35,308 nt of DNA from a virus. Taxonomy: Duplodnaviria > Caudoviricetes. Made by a program: the position numbers and the translations under genes. The notes below the pieces were generated by a model. That model saw nothing but the letters and a program-made list of their open reading frames with translations, made no database searches and was not told the origin of the DNA. Each line of letters opens with the position of its first letter. Within the stretch, counting starts at the first letter, position 1. This document shows positions 25,799 to 35,177 of the stretch, one piece after another. The stretch lies in the IMG/VR virus record IMGVR_UViG_3300025118_000067, positions 1-35,308 of that record, one strand, 5' to 3'.

Positions 25799-27840
25799 TA
25801 TTGTAATGCCTGTAATCCTTTATCATAATCTGCTTGCAATTTAGCCTGTTGCTTTTCATACCAACCATACTGTGCATTATCTACGGCTAATCGAGATTGA
25901 ACTTCATTAGCATATGCTCCAGCTATTCCTACTTTATTTTGAATTTCATTTCCAAATCCTTGAGCTGTAGCTACATAAGCCTTGGCTGTATTTATATATC
26001 CTTGAATTGCTTGGGTCTTAGCGGAACTGAAAGATGTCCTAGCACTAACTTCATTAGAATATCCTTGAGCCTGATTTACATATGCTTGAGCTTCCGCAAT
26101 ATAAGCATTTCCTTGGGCTATTATTGATTGAGCTTCTTGAAGATATGCGTTGCCAGCAGTCAATCTTGATTGAGACTCTTTTCTTTTTGCATCCGCCTGC
26201 TGTAATCTAATATTTATTTCAGAAATATATCCATTAGCTATTTCAATTTTAGTTTTAACTTCATTTGCATATCCTTGAGCATTAGTATTAAATCCACTAG
26301 CTTGAGATGCGTATCCGTTAGCTACTGACATATAACCCTGTGCCGCTGAAATTTCTCCACCCCATACTTGGGCTTTAGCAGAAATCCACCCATACCTAGA
26401 AGAAGCTTCTGATGAAAATGCATTAACCTCCTTAACAAGAGTATCAGCCATTGTATTCCATTCAGTAATATACATTTGAGCGATTTTTAAATCTGAATCA
26501 GCCGCATTTAAAGTCGTTTGGGCTTGTTGTATTCTACTACTAGCTAATTCAATATCTTCATCAGTCAAAGCTGAATCTACATCTGCGAGATTGGCGGCTA
26601 AATCATAATTGGCATTTGGAAAATCTCCATTAATATAAGTAATCGCTCTATCAACATAAGTTTTAACACTTGTCATCCCAGTACCAGTAGTATAGGTATC
26701 TTGGTCTCCAAATAATGATGGGTCTCCAACTGCATCCCTAAATTTATCTGAAGCTGTATTCATCGCATCTACAGCGGTTTTTATATCAGAACTACTACTA
26801 TCTGTTAACGTAATAGCCTCCCCTATTTCTGTAAGAGCATCATCAATTTCTTGATTTGCATTTGCCATTTCTGTAGCCATATTTGAAAGTGCGGTTTTAG
26901 CTTTATCTACTTCACCTCCAATCTCATCACAAATAGCCTGTGTTTCATCGAGCTCTGTTATTATTTTCCCCGCCGCAGTATTTACAGCTCCCTCTGAATC
27001 TGCTTCTCCTAAATCTAATAGAGCAGTAGATTTATCAAGTTCTACACTACCCTCAACAATTACATTGTCAACCTTATCAAATTCCGCACTTGCTTCAATA
27101 ATAATATTATCAACTTTATTTAATTCTGTAGCCATAGCGTCAAGAGCAGTTTCAAAATCTCCTCCATTGTCTGTTTGAATTGCAAGTTCAGCCGCTTCAG
27201 CCTTTGCAAGAACGACTTCCGCTTTTGCAAGAACCAAATCAGCATCTATTTTATCGCAAATATCCTGAGTTTCATCTAATTCTGTATCCATAGCTGTCAA
27301 TGCAGTTGTTATATCTGAGTTAGATGATTTATTACCCAACACATTTTGTAATGACCTAACAGCACCATACAATACAACAAGATGTTCTGCCTCATCTGGG
27401 AACACTGCAATCGCACTATCCCCATAGGCCACTGCCGGATACTGAACCTCAGAATAGGTACAGGAACCACCATCTGGAACAACATCCAATCCATTATTGT
27501 CTATGTAATATACAGGGTCTGTAACAGTGGCATAATTCATATCATCCTCATCCTTGGCCCTTCCCTGCTGACTTGATCTTATATTTCTACAAGGTTGTTT
27601 TATATCACCATCGCTTCTAAAAACATTTAATACCTTTCCAGTATTCAAAGTATTGGCTGTGCCAGACGTGAAGGACTGAGATGCCGCACACAAGGGTAAG
27701 AGCCTAGCGGGTAGGTTGTTGATAACCTCTTTAGCACCATCCGTAAGGAATTGGGTTAATTGAGCTTCCGTTGGATTAGTTCCAGAACTCGATATGGTCA
27801 AATCTGTCAATCCCATAACCTGTGTTTGAAAACTAGCCAT
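25798..27840 (-). CDS. Head-tail adaptor-like protein with a ~500-aa alpha-helical extension
   Basis: LTQFLTDGAKEVIN...DPVYYI...FPDEAEHLVVLYGA adaptor core, then acidic and Ala/Tyr heptad repeats. Confidence 0.65.
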   Translation of the reverse strand: MASFQTQVMGLTDLTISSSGTNPTEAQLTQFLTDGAKEVINNLPARLLPLCAASQSFTSGTANTLNTGKVLNVFRSDGDIKQPCRNIRSSQQGRAKDEDDMNYATVTDPVYYIDNNGLDVVPDGGSCTYSEVQYPAVAYGDSAIAVFPDEAEHLVVLYGAVRSLQNVLGNKSSNSDITTALTAMDTELDETQDICDKIDADLVLAKAEVVLAKAEAAELAIQTDNGGDFETALDAMATELNKVDNIIIEASAEFDKVDNVIVEGSVELDKSTALLDLGEADSEGAVNTAAGKIITELDETQAICDEIGGEVDKAKTALSNMATEMANANQEIDDALTEIGEAITLTDSSSSDIKTAVDAMNTASDKFRDAVGDPSLFGDQDTYTTGTGMTSVKTYVDRAITYINGDFPNANYDLAANLADVDSALTDEDIELASSRIQQAQTTLNAADSDLKIAQMYITEWNTMADTLVKEVNAFSSEASSRYGWISAKAQVWGGEISAAQGYMSVANGYASQASGFNTNAQGYANEVKTKIEIANGYISEINIRLQQADAKRKESQSRLTAGNAYLQEAQSIIAQGNAYIAEAQAYVNQAQGYSNEVSARTSFSSAKTQAIQGYINTAKAYVATAQGFGNEIQNKVGIAGAYANEVQSRLAVDNAQYGWYEKQQAKLQADYDKGLQALQ

Positions 27841-28328
27841 TATACACTCGCTACAAAGACCTCAACACTAATAGCATTACCTCCCGGTTGAACTACGAGG
27901 CTATCCAGATCAACTAGATCTGTCACTAGATTAGCATTTGCATCCGATACTCCAATGCCATCATGCCCAGATCCCATCATAAAGCTTTTTCCAGCTTCTA
28001 ATAAAACACTGGCTGAAACATCTGCACCGGAATCATCTTCACCAACCTCAGCTTGAAGACTTAATGTTAAATTGTTAGAACTGTCTAAATTAGTAACTCT
28101 AACGTACCTTACATCTTGTATATCCAAAGCCCCATCAAATTTAGTTGCACCACCTGCGGCACCCGCAACTTGCTTAAAATGAACAACAGTTGTTTCGGCA
28201 TTTGCTGGACAGGTGACAATTCTTTTATAGATCTCATCAATACTTGATATTTCCAATGTTCTCTTGGAACCATAGTCCTGATTGTCCAGTACGATCTCTT
28301 CTTGTATCTTTACTTTTAAAGTAGCCAT
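27840..28328 (-). CDS. Putative virion structural protein
   Basis: Beta-rich, DVRYVRVTNLD motif; TAATG-coupled within the structural operon. Confidence 0.7.
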   Translation of the reverse strand: MATLKVKIQEEIVLDNQDYGSKRTLEISSIDEIYKRIVTCPANAETTVVHFKQVAGAAGGATKFDGALDIQDVRYVRVTNLDSSNNLTLSLQAEVGEDDSGADVSASVLLEAGKSFMMGSGHDGIGVSDANANLVTDLVDLDSLVVQPGGNAISVEVFVASV

Positions 28329-28435
28329 TATTTCTTACCGTATTTTACCCTCTTACCAGTTTTCTTGGCATATTTTTTTGCGGCTTTCTTGCCCGCTTTT
28401 GTGTACTTGAATTTTTTCTTACCAACTTTAGGCAT
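28328..28435 (-). CDS. Uncalled 35-aa very basic protein
   Basis: MPKVGKKKFKYTKAGKKAAKKYAKKTGKRVKYGKK; its stop forms a TAATG overlap with the next gene. Confidence 0.8.
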   Translation of the reverse strand: MPKVGKKKFKYTKAGKKAAKKYAKKTGKRVKYGKK

Positions 28436-28685
28436 ATCGACCACCATTGAAATTTTTTAATTTTTTATTTATCATAGCCTCATTCCGTATAGCCCTCTCT
28501 TCCTTATCACGCTTAATGACATCATCCATCGTCGTAGTGGTGAACTCTATATCTGTCCTTTTACCCATTTCGCTCCCCATGTATAGATTTGTTGTAAACT
28601 TAGGCTCAGACGCTCTATTCCCACAGGAGCGGCACATAAACCAATTTTCGATATTATCTTTGTCACAATGTATACATTTATTCAT
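28428..28685 (-). CDS. Zinc-ribbon protein (FmdB-like position)
   Basis: CIHC...CRSC; AAGG RBS. Confidence 0.7.
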   Translation of the reverse strand: MNKCIHCDKDNIENWFMCRSCGNRASEPKFTTNLYMGSEMGKRTDIEFTTTTMDDVIKRDKEERAIRNEAMINKKLKNFNGGRYA

Positions 28686-28694
28686 ATTTTACCT

Positions 28695-28745
28695 TTTTGA
28701 GTTTTGGGGGCTACCTTTTATTGATAACCCCCACAGTACTCAAAA
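28695..28745 (-). promoter_or_regulatory. Long intergenic RNA stem-loop
   Basis: Minus strand: UUUUGAGU-ACUG-UGGGGGUUAUC-AAUAAAA-GGUAGCCCCCA-AA-ACUCAAAA; G-U pairs form only on the minus strand. Confidence 0.6.
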
Positions 28746-28770
28746 CTGTTATCCTTATTTATTCGGATTA

Positions 28771-29256
28771 TTAAGCAGTTCCAGACTCAACAAGAACGAC
28801 TGTTCCTATCGCAACAGGAACATATCCGCTTAGGTGCCAGTTGGTACCGTCGCAAATTACTGTCATTCTCAAACCTTCAATAGCCTGTGAAACAGAACCA
28901 TCTACGGTTATTTTTGAAAGCCCATTAAAATCATCAACTGTGCTATCTGCCGCACCAGTAACAACATAGCCATAGATATCGGTTGCATCAGCACCAGTTG
29001 TGATAATAAAATCTGCATCATCGTCACAATTGACGGTGAAACAAAAATCATAATTACAACCTGCTACTGCGGCTGATACGGTTGGCAATGTCAAAGTGAC
29101 ATTGTTGTCTACTGTGGACATATCAACAGCAAAAAGAGTTCCAGATTCAGCCGCTGTCAGCGTTCTACTTAACGCCGAAGAGTTGTCTATCTTTTGAAAC
29201 GCTTTTTCACCAGTATGATGACTTCCACTACTTGAGTTTAAACTCGCTGATCTCAT
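28771..29256 (-). CDS. Capsid decoration/cement-like protein
   Basis: Immediately after the major capsid gene; TLTAAESG...TLTLP...CDGTNWHLSG pattern. Confidence 0.65.
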   Translation of the reverse strand: MRSASLNSSSGSHHTGEKAFQKIDNSSALSRTLTAAESGTLFAVDMSTVDNNVTLTLPTVSAAVAGCNYDFCFTVNCDDDADFIITTGADATDIYGYVVTGAADSTVDDFNGLSKITVDGSVSQAIEGLRMTVICDGTNWHLSGYVPVAIGTVVLVESGTA

Positions 29257-29269
29257 TTTACATTACTCC

Positions 29270-30658
29270 TTAGCTTACGCTTTCAAAGTTATACAGCATA
29301 TGTGTCTCAGGAAGAGATATCTCAAGACCTGCCTCTGTGAGGATCATGTCTTTACGAAGATCTTCGTCAGCCTGCTGTACATTCGTTATGACGTGGGTAT
29401 CACGATTCACACCGTTACCAATAAGTGGACGGTATGCAACTTGAGCCATGTCAACGATCATCATGTAAGCATGGGAGAACCCTCTAAAGAGAGGTTCACG
29501 AACAAGATTCAGATCGCCATGAATTGTTTGCACTTGCAACAATTTATGACCGTAAGAACCTTCAATGTACTCTTTATTGACATCGTAACGAATACTGTTA
29601 TTAGCATCATAAGTTTCTTTAAGGATACCACCTGCTCCGAACTTGTTGAACAAGGTCATTACAGGAAGCCCAGCTAATGCAAGCTTGGCTGAAGAACCGC
29701 CACGTGCAGGGTCGTACAATACTTCAAGGTCTCCAAGGATCCTGTCGTATGTGAACTCACTTTCGTCTACGGTTCGTTGGTATGCAGAACCCGGTGTGTA
29801 TGAAAGTGCGGCATCAGCGTTACTTGGGGCTCCGTTAAGCACACAGTGCCCAACAATACCTTCGGTGTACTGAATACTGTCTTGACGTGCTCTTTGTCCA
29901 AAAAGCATCGCTCTTTCAATATCCACCTTATGTTCTCTTAATTTCAGATTCCAGATCCGTGACCATTCATCTGCATATCCTCTGTATTTTGTCGCAATCG
30001 CAGTGTTTGACATTTCTGCTGATGTTTTAAAGATCTGGGTATACCCATAATCATCATCCAATGTTTTCGCCCAAGCGTCAGGAGAACCAGTACCTTCACC
30101 AAAAGAAGTACCAATGATCTGACATTTGTCGTCATCACTAAGGATATTATAGCCTGTGCTAAAGTCTGAACTTGGCAAGGAAATAATACGCCCTGTGAAT
30201 GTGTTGGATGTACCAGCATCTGTAACAGCACTGTCAATTCTAACTGTGGCATAAGCTACACCAGCAGTAGAATCAAGCACCTGTACTGCAAACACCATAC
30301 CTTTAACAAGCCAATTCACATCAGCCGCAGATCCACTTGAGCTATCATCAACAACAAATGAATATTGGGTTCCAGCAGTAACTGCTGACCCTCCATTCAC
30401 ATCTGCCGCTAGTTCAAATGATCTGGTCGTCCAATCTATCTTTGACCTGTTTTCCAAGAACCTGAAAACAGGATCCGTGGTAGGTGATTTCGACATCTTA
30501 CTTAAATATACAAAGAACGGAGATTCGTCTGGACTCAATTCAGCGACTCTATCGCTAAAGTCGTATAATCGTCTTTGATCAGGGGTACTTTCACCCGAAA
30601 CGCTTGTTGCGGCGTTTGTCATGTCAGTTGCCTTGACCATGCCTGTATTTACAGCCAT
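29270..30658 (-). CDS. Major capsid protein (HK97 fold, DUF5309/SU10-like)
   Basis: LSPDESPF, YTQIFKT, EHKVDIERAMLFG, TIHGDL and ILTEAGLE motifs; follows the scaffold. Confidence 0.9.
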   Translation of the reverse strand: MAVNTGMVKATDMTNAATSVSGESTPDQRRLYDFSDRVAELSPDESPFFVYLSKMSKSPTTDPVFRFLENRSKIDWTTRSFELAADVNGGSAVTAGTQYSFVVDDSSSGSAADVNWLVKGMVFAVQVLDSTAGVAYATVRIDSAVTDAGTSNTFTGRIISLPSSDFSTGYNILSDDDKCQIIGTSFGEGTGSPDAWAKTLDDDYGYTQIFKTSAEMSNTAIATKYRGYADEWSRIWNLKLREHKVDIERAMLFGQRARQDSIQYTEGIVGHCVLNGAPSNADAALSYTPGSAYQRTVDESEFTYDRILGDLEVLYDPARGGSSAKLALAGLPVMTLFNKFGAGGILKETYDANNSIRYDVNKEYIEGSYGHKLLQVQTIHGDLNLVREPLFRGFSHAYMMIVDMAQVAYRPLIGNGVNRDTHVITNVQQADEDLRKDMILTEAGLEISLPETHMLYNFESVS

Positions 30659-30681
30659 TTTGACTCTCCTACTTCATTACT

Positions 30682-30714
30682 CTCTATCAACTACCTTCCG
30701 GTCTTCAAGTAGAG
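30682..30714 (-). promoter_or_regulatory. K-turn-like hairpin in the major capsid leader
   Basis: CUCUA-CUU-GAAG-ACC-GGAA-GGU-AG-UUGA-UAGAG just upstream of the AGGAG RBS. Confidence 0.5.
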
Positions 30715-30722
30715 TTATTTAA

Positions 30723-31526
30723 CTAAAATTGTCCCTTGTCCCCAGCACCTACAATACTGTCCCACATGGCATCATCATGCGACTTTGCCTTTGGATGTGG
30801 TTGGCCTTGTAGAACACCCGCCGAACGAGGAACCTGCCTTGCGGCGTTAACCGCTTCCATTGTATCATTGTTCGCAACAGACTGACCGCCCTGCATCTGC
30901 CAAAGTTTGACTAGATTGTTTAAACCTACTCGCTCCTTTGGTTGGGTAGTGAATTGTAGAAACTCCTGAATGTCATTATCCGACATCTTGTATGTTCCTC
31001 TTAGTTCACTTACCGTATTTTGCATTTGCATATCAGCTTGCATCTGTTGCTGTTGTTGGGATAATGCAGATCTCAATCTCTGATTCACCAAGGATTCTAT
31101 CTTTTGATTGACATATTTCCCTGAATCGGAGTTCTCATCTGTAAAAGCATCCCAAGGATTGAAATCATCTTTTTCAACCGTTTGCCCATTTGACTGTTGA
31201 GTTTGTGGGTTAGCTATACCGTTCTCAAGTACCTGTACAAGGTCGGGTCTCTGCTCTAACAGTTCAAGGATCTGACCACCCTGTTGCAATCTAGCATTCT
31301 CGGCCTGTGACCGATCATACATGGATTGGAACTTTCGTGCCTCTGCTTCATGATCTATTAAAGTAGCCGACTCATCTACCATTTCTTGAGTAACACCCGA
31401 CCCATCTTGGGCAGACTGCTCATTTACGATATCTTCCACGATGCTCTCGCTACCGGGAACAAAACCCTCATTAGCCATTGGCTGGTCGTCTAAGACGTTT
31501 ACTTCCTGTTGTTCTAGTGTTGACAT
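30723..31526 (-). CDS. Capsid scaffolding protein
   Basis: Acidic N-terminus, FQSMYDR coiled coil, C-terminal helix; lies between portal and major capsid genes. Confidence 0.8.
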   Translation of the reverse strand: MSTLEQQEVNVLDDQPMANEGFVPGSESIVEDIVNEQSAQDGSGVTQEMVDESATLIDHEAEARKFQSMYDRSQAENARLQQGGQILELLEQRPDLVQVLENGIANPQTQQSNGQTVEKDDFNPWDAFTDENSDSGKYVNQKIESLVNQRLRSALSQQQQQMQADMQMQNTVSELRGTYKMSDNDIQEFLQFTTQPKERVGLNNLVKLWQMQGGQSVANNDTMEAVNAARQVPRSAGVLQGQPHPKAKSHDDAMWDSIVGAGDKGQF

Positions 31527-31543
31527 AGTTTCTCCTTAGATGT

Positions 31544-33574
31544 CTAGGCTTCGGGAGTTGAACTGACCTTGTTTTGAACCTCTTTTAGGTTACTGGACAA
31601 TTTCTCCACCTCTAGCTTCACCTCGTTTTCTAGTTTTCCACGTTGCACCCTTTTATCTGCCTTTGATTCTGAACTGATCTCGGAGAGACGAGTTTTAAAC
31701 TTCTCAACCTCGACCCGTTTTCTATCACTGACAGATTCTCTTTGGGCTGTCTGCAAGTCACCTTGCAAATTCTTTATTTGTTCTTCCATTGCTTGAATCT
31801 GTTGTTGCATTGCTTGCTTCTCTTCTGTCCTACGCATAATGCCCTCCTTATCAAACAACTCAGGATTTTTCTTTAATACTTCATATCGGTCTACAATACC
31901 CATCTGGAACGCCTCTAAATACACAGCAAGTTCTGCATATTTATTAGAAGGCATTGTAGAGCCCGGTTCAACTCTTATGTCATGTTTCTCCAATATGTGC
32001 TTTTCTTTCTTCAGATCCAGAACCGCACCAGACACATCTGTATAAAAATTTGCCATGACCTCTGTTATGTTATTGTTTGGCTGTGCCAATCTAAAAACTT
32101 TTTTGTAAGTATAATGCCCTTTAGACAGATTGTAGAGAACCTTCCCTAGCTTATTTATACTGAACTCTATATCTCTAAGTTTGGATTTGGGCCTTTCACT
32201 CCCCAAGGCTATCATTCTCTCTGTCGCCTTTGATGTCTCAGGAGCCTTATCTGCAAATCCATGCATCATCTCAGGTAAACCAAATATAAAATCTATGTAA
32301 AACTCTGACTGTTGTATCAATTTATAGAACTCCCCAGCCAGAGGTTGAGGTGCTGGATAATGGGGCTCTCCCTGAGAGGAATCAACTTCAATGACAGCAT
32401 TTGGATTGGCCCAATCTTTTTCAAGCTGGTCAATGTCATCGACGCTTCCCAAGGGAACCAATAATTTCAATCCGGCTGAAGCCTGTGCATGAGACAAAGC
32501 AAGAGACCATAGTTTGTTAAGCAACCTTTGCATGGGTCTGGCTCTGGAAACATCCGATTTGGGATAAGGTGTTCCTGTCCAGATATTGGGAAGGGGTATA
32601 ATAGGATATTCATCAGTATTCAGGATCTGTTCATAAAGAACGACCCCACCCAACGACGCACATATCTTGACACGGGTCTGTAAGACCTCAATAGCCGTGA
32701 AGGCTCCTATGTCAAATGCCTCTGAGTTTTCCTGAAAGAACTGCGAATATTCTTCTTGGGATAAGATGTCCTCTTCCTGAGTCTGCATGTCAATGACCCT
32801 ATAAAATGGAACTTTTATCTTATAGAACCTTTCAAGGACTTGATATTTCTTTACCTCGAAATAATCCTTGTCCTTCACCTCAGCCGGAGTAAAGACCGTC
32901 ATTGAATTTTTATTTTGCGAGGAGGGATAATCCTCATCGTCATAACTAAAACTTGATAGCTCCCTTATAAGCCCCGGCACGACCTCACCCGTCTCAGGGT
33001 CTGTAGTGTCTGCTAATTCAGGGTAGAGGTTGATGACCTGCTCACCAGTAAGGATGGTGGAAAGGATAAGACCATCCGAATCGCTGAACCAGCGATCCCT
33101 AGAGCTGGGAGATGCGTACACTCTAAAAGGATCTATATAGGTGAACTTGACATCACCTCTACCGAAATCTGATTCCGAGTCAACATAGGCATACAGATAT
33201 CCCATGCCGGTGGTGGCATAATCCTGTATCGCCTGTTTCATCTGCCAATCACCATCTGACTTCTCCCACACATAGTTCATAACACTACGCCAAAGAGTAG
33301 CAACCTGAACATCAGAGTCCTCTCTTGGTGTGATCGTAAATGCTGGGGGTCTTGACGTGAGAACTGCTTTAAATTTTTCTATGGCAGACGATATCCTATC
33401 CATTGGAATATCTGCCTGATTCCTTGAGGATAATTCATCTGACTCACTGGTCGTAAAATGATTCCCAAGATAAAAGTCTATATCCTTACGGGCCTCTATG
33501 TCCCAGTCAGACCTCGCATCTCTCCATTGCCTATAGAGTTCTTCGTTACGTAATGCTCTCGGGTCTTGATCCAT
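31544..33574 (-). CDS. Portal protein (P22-like)
   Basis: FYLGNHF, PREDSD, IDPFRVY, YPIIP and ARPMQRLLNK motifs; C-terminal coiled-coil barrel. Confidence 0.92.
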   Translation of the reverse strand: MDQDPRALRNEELYRQWRDARSDWDIEARKDIDFYLGNHFTTSESDELSSRNQADIPMDRISSAIEKFKAVLTSRPPAFTITPREDSDVQVATLWRSVMNYVWEKSDGDWQMKQAIQDYATTGMGYLYAYVDSESDFGRGDVKFTYIDPFRVYASPSSRDRWFSDSDGLILSTILTGEQVINLYPELADTTDPETGEVVPGLIRELSSFSYDDEDYPSSQNKNSMTVFTPAEVKDKDYFEVKKYQVLERFYKIKVPFYRVIDMQTQEEDILSQEEYSQFFQENSEAFDIGAFTAIEVLQTRVKICASLGGVVLYEQILNTDEYPIIPLPNIWTGTPYPKSDVSRARPMQRLLNKLWSLALSHAQASAGLKLLVPLGSVDDIDQLEKDWANPNAVIEVDSSQGEPHYPAPQPLAGEFYKLIQQSEFYIDFIFGLPEMMHGFADKAPETSKATERMIALGSERPKSKLRDIEFSINKLGKVLYNLSKGHYTYKKVFRLAQPNNNITEVMANFYTDVSGAVLDLKKEKHILEKHDIRVEPGSTMPSNKYAELAVYLEAFQMGIVDRYEVLKKNPELFDKEGIMRRTEEKQAMQQQIQAMEEQIKNLQGDLQTAQRESVSDRKRVEVEKFKTRLSEISSESKADKRVQRGKLENEVKLEVEKLSSNLKEVQNKVSSTPEA

Positions 33575-33575
33575 A

Positions 33576-35177
33576 TTATCTCGGTATATAAGGCATTGGA
33601 CTTAACACATTACCCAAATCCCTTGGCTTATTGATAACAGAATCAAGGCTCATTGGATTGATATATTGTCGCATTTCAGGGTCTTGTAACATTTGCCTTA
33701 GTCGCATTAACTGTAATGACTTTCTAGCATTATCAACTGTATTTTGTTTAATGCTATTTTGCAGTGCTCCAGCCTGCTCGCGAACCACACCAAGACCCGT
33801 ACCACCCTGATACACCTCTGGGTTTGCCTGCCTCATATCAATACTATCGCTTAACTCACGATTCCCTTGCTCGCCCATCATCTGTGGGGGTACTGGTGGG
33901 CCTATCATGTCACCATCTTGAAAACCTAACAAGCCCATTAAGCCTTTTTTTCTTGGTTTTAAAAACTTTTTAACCATATCTGCCGGTATAGAATCTTGAG
34001 GAGACGTTGCGGCTGTAGATAAAGCAAGTTTATAAGCTTCCTGTATTGCATTTTCAATTTTATTACCAGTTTCCATACCTCCATAATACCTAAGCCCACT
34101 TCCACCACCTACTTCTTCAGCGGGGACAGATACAACTTGTCGAGCATCATAAAGAGGCATATTTGTATTAGGGTCAACCCTACTGGATTGCCCAAGAGAC
34201 CCATCAAACATTTGATGAGGAATAACTCCTCCACCATTCTCATAGCCAGTTAAACCACCTTGTTGCTTAGCAACTGTTCCCTGCTCACCCAGAGTCTGTG
34301 GAACAATGCCATATAATAATTTATTAAAAGCATCAGCTCTATCCCCTTCTTTAACCAATCTATTAATTGCTTCTATTTCTTTTACATCAGGGTTTTCAAA
34401 CTCTAAAAGGGTATCCGTATCACCATAAAAAGGACTATGGGAATACACCCTTTCAGCATTTCTCATATCTTGAGGCACCATTTCCTCATAAGCCCTTTGC
34501 CTTTTTCCTTTTGGGGTGATCATCGAAAGCAATTTTGATAATCCGCTCACTTTATCGCCACCCTGATAGCCGGTTAGCGTTGGTTCAAATTCTTCTGACC
34601 TGTACCTAGGAAGTTCTGGGCTTTGATTTAATTTTGGAGTCGTACCCAATATCCCAGCTAATATTTCTTGCTCTGGATTTTGCAAGCCTTGAAGTTGTCT
34701 TATATAAAGACTCATTGGCACTGCCCCTAACCGCTCCTCTTCTACGTTCATTAACTCACTTAAATTTTGCGGAAGTACCGAATCACCATTTTGATAGCCA
34801 GTTAATCCACCACCTGAATAATTCGGTGTGATCTCTCCACCCCCATACATGGGCTTTAGGCCTCGAAGCGTGGTCATTGCTAGTAATTTATCTATAGCGG
34901 CATGACCGCCCTCTTTTGGCTTGTTATTCATTTGTCTTAATCTCATGGTTCCTAATTCAAAACTTCCATTACCCGCCGCCTTAACACCAGACATGGGAAT
35001 AAAGGTCTCACCGTTTGTCATTATGGCGTTCACTCCACCCGAAACCTCTTCTTGGGTAGCGGGAAACTGACTCGCCCAGTCCTTTATCCAAGGATAGATC
35101 TTTGTCGCATGTTCTGTAAGAACAAATCCCGGCCCCGCTTTTACCTTCGTTGTGTCGGTCGATGGGCCTGCGATCAT
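33576..35177 (-). CDS. 533-aa repeat-containing protein, probably virion-internal
   Basis: Repeated (G)Y[QE]xG[GD] motifs; N-terminal GFVLTEHAT and NGETFIPMSGVKAAG modules. Confidence 0.7.
   Translation of the reverse strand: MIAGPSTDTTKVKAGPGFVLTEHATKIYPWIKDWASQFPATQEEVSGGVNAIMTNGETFIPMSGVKAAGNGSFELGTMRLRQMNNKPKEGGHAAIDKLLAMTTLRGLKPMYGGGEITPNYSGGGLTGYQNGDSVLPQNLSELMNVEEERLGAVPMSLYIRQLQGLQNPEQEILAGILGTTPKLNQSPELPRYRSEEFEPTLTGYQGGDKVSGLSKLLSMITPKGKRQRAYEEMVPQDMRNAERVYSHSPFYGDTDTLLEFENPDVKEIEAINRLVKEGDRADAFNKLLYGIVPQTLGEQGTVAKQQGGLTGYENGGGVIPHQMFDGSLGQSSRVDPNTNMPLYDARQVVSVPAEEVGGGSGLRYYGGMETGNKIENAIQEAYKLALSTAATSPQDSIPADMVKKFLKPRKKGLMGLLGFQDGDMIGPPVPPQMMGEQGNRELSDSIDMRQANPEVYQGGTGLGVVREQAGALQNSIKQNTVDNARKSLQLMRLRQMLQDPEMRQYINPMSLDSVINKPRDLGNVLSPMPYIPR

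Noticed and set aside
29256-29275. Programmed frameshift or readthrough extending the major capsid protein
   Set aside because: No slippery heptamer at the end of the gene; the next gene is out of frame and has its own AGGAG RBS.
6346-34831. Plus-strand ORFs within the late region (e.g. 9317..9670, 10624..11025, 16633..17010, 18150..18575, 28447..28833, 29300..29677)
   Set aside because: Antisense shadows of well-supported minus-strand genes, with no recognisable motifs.
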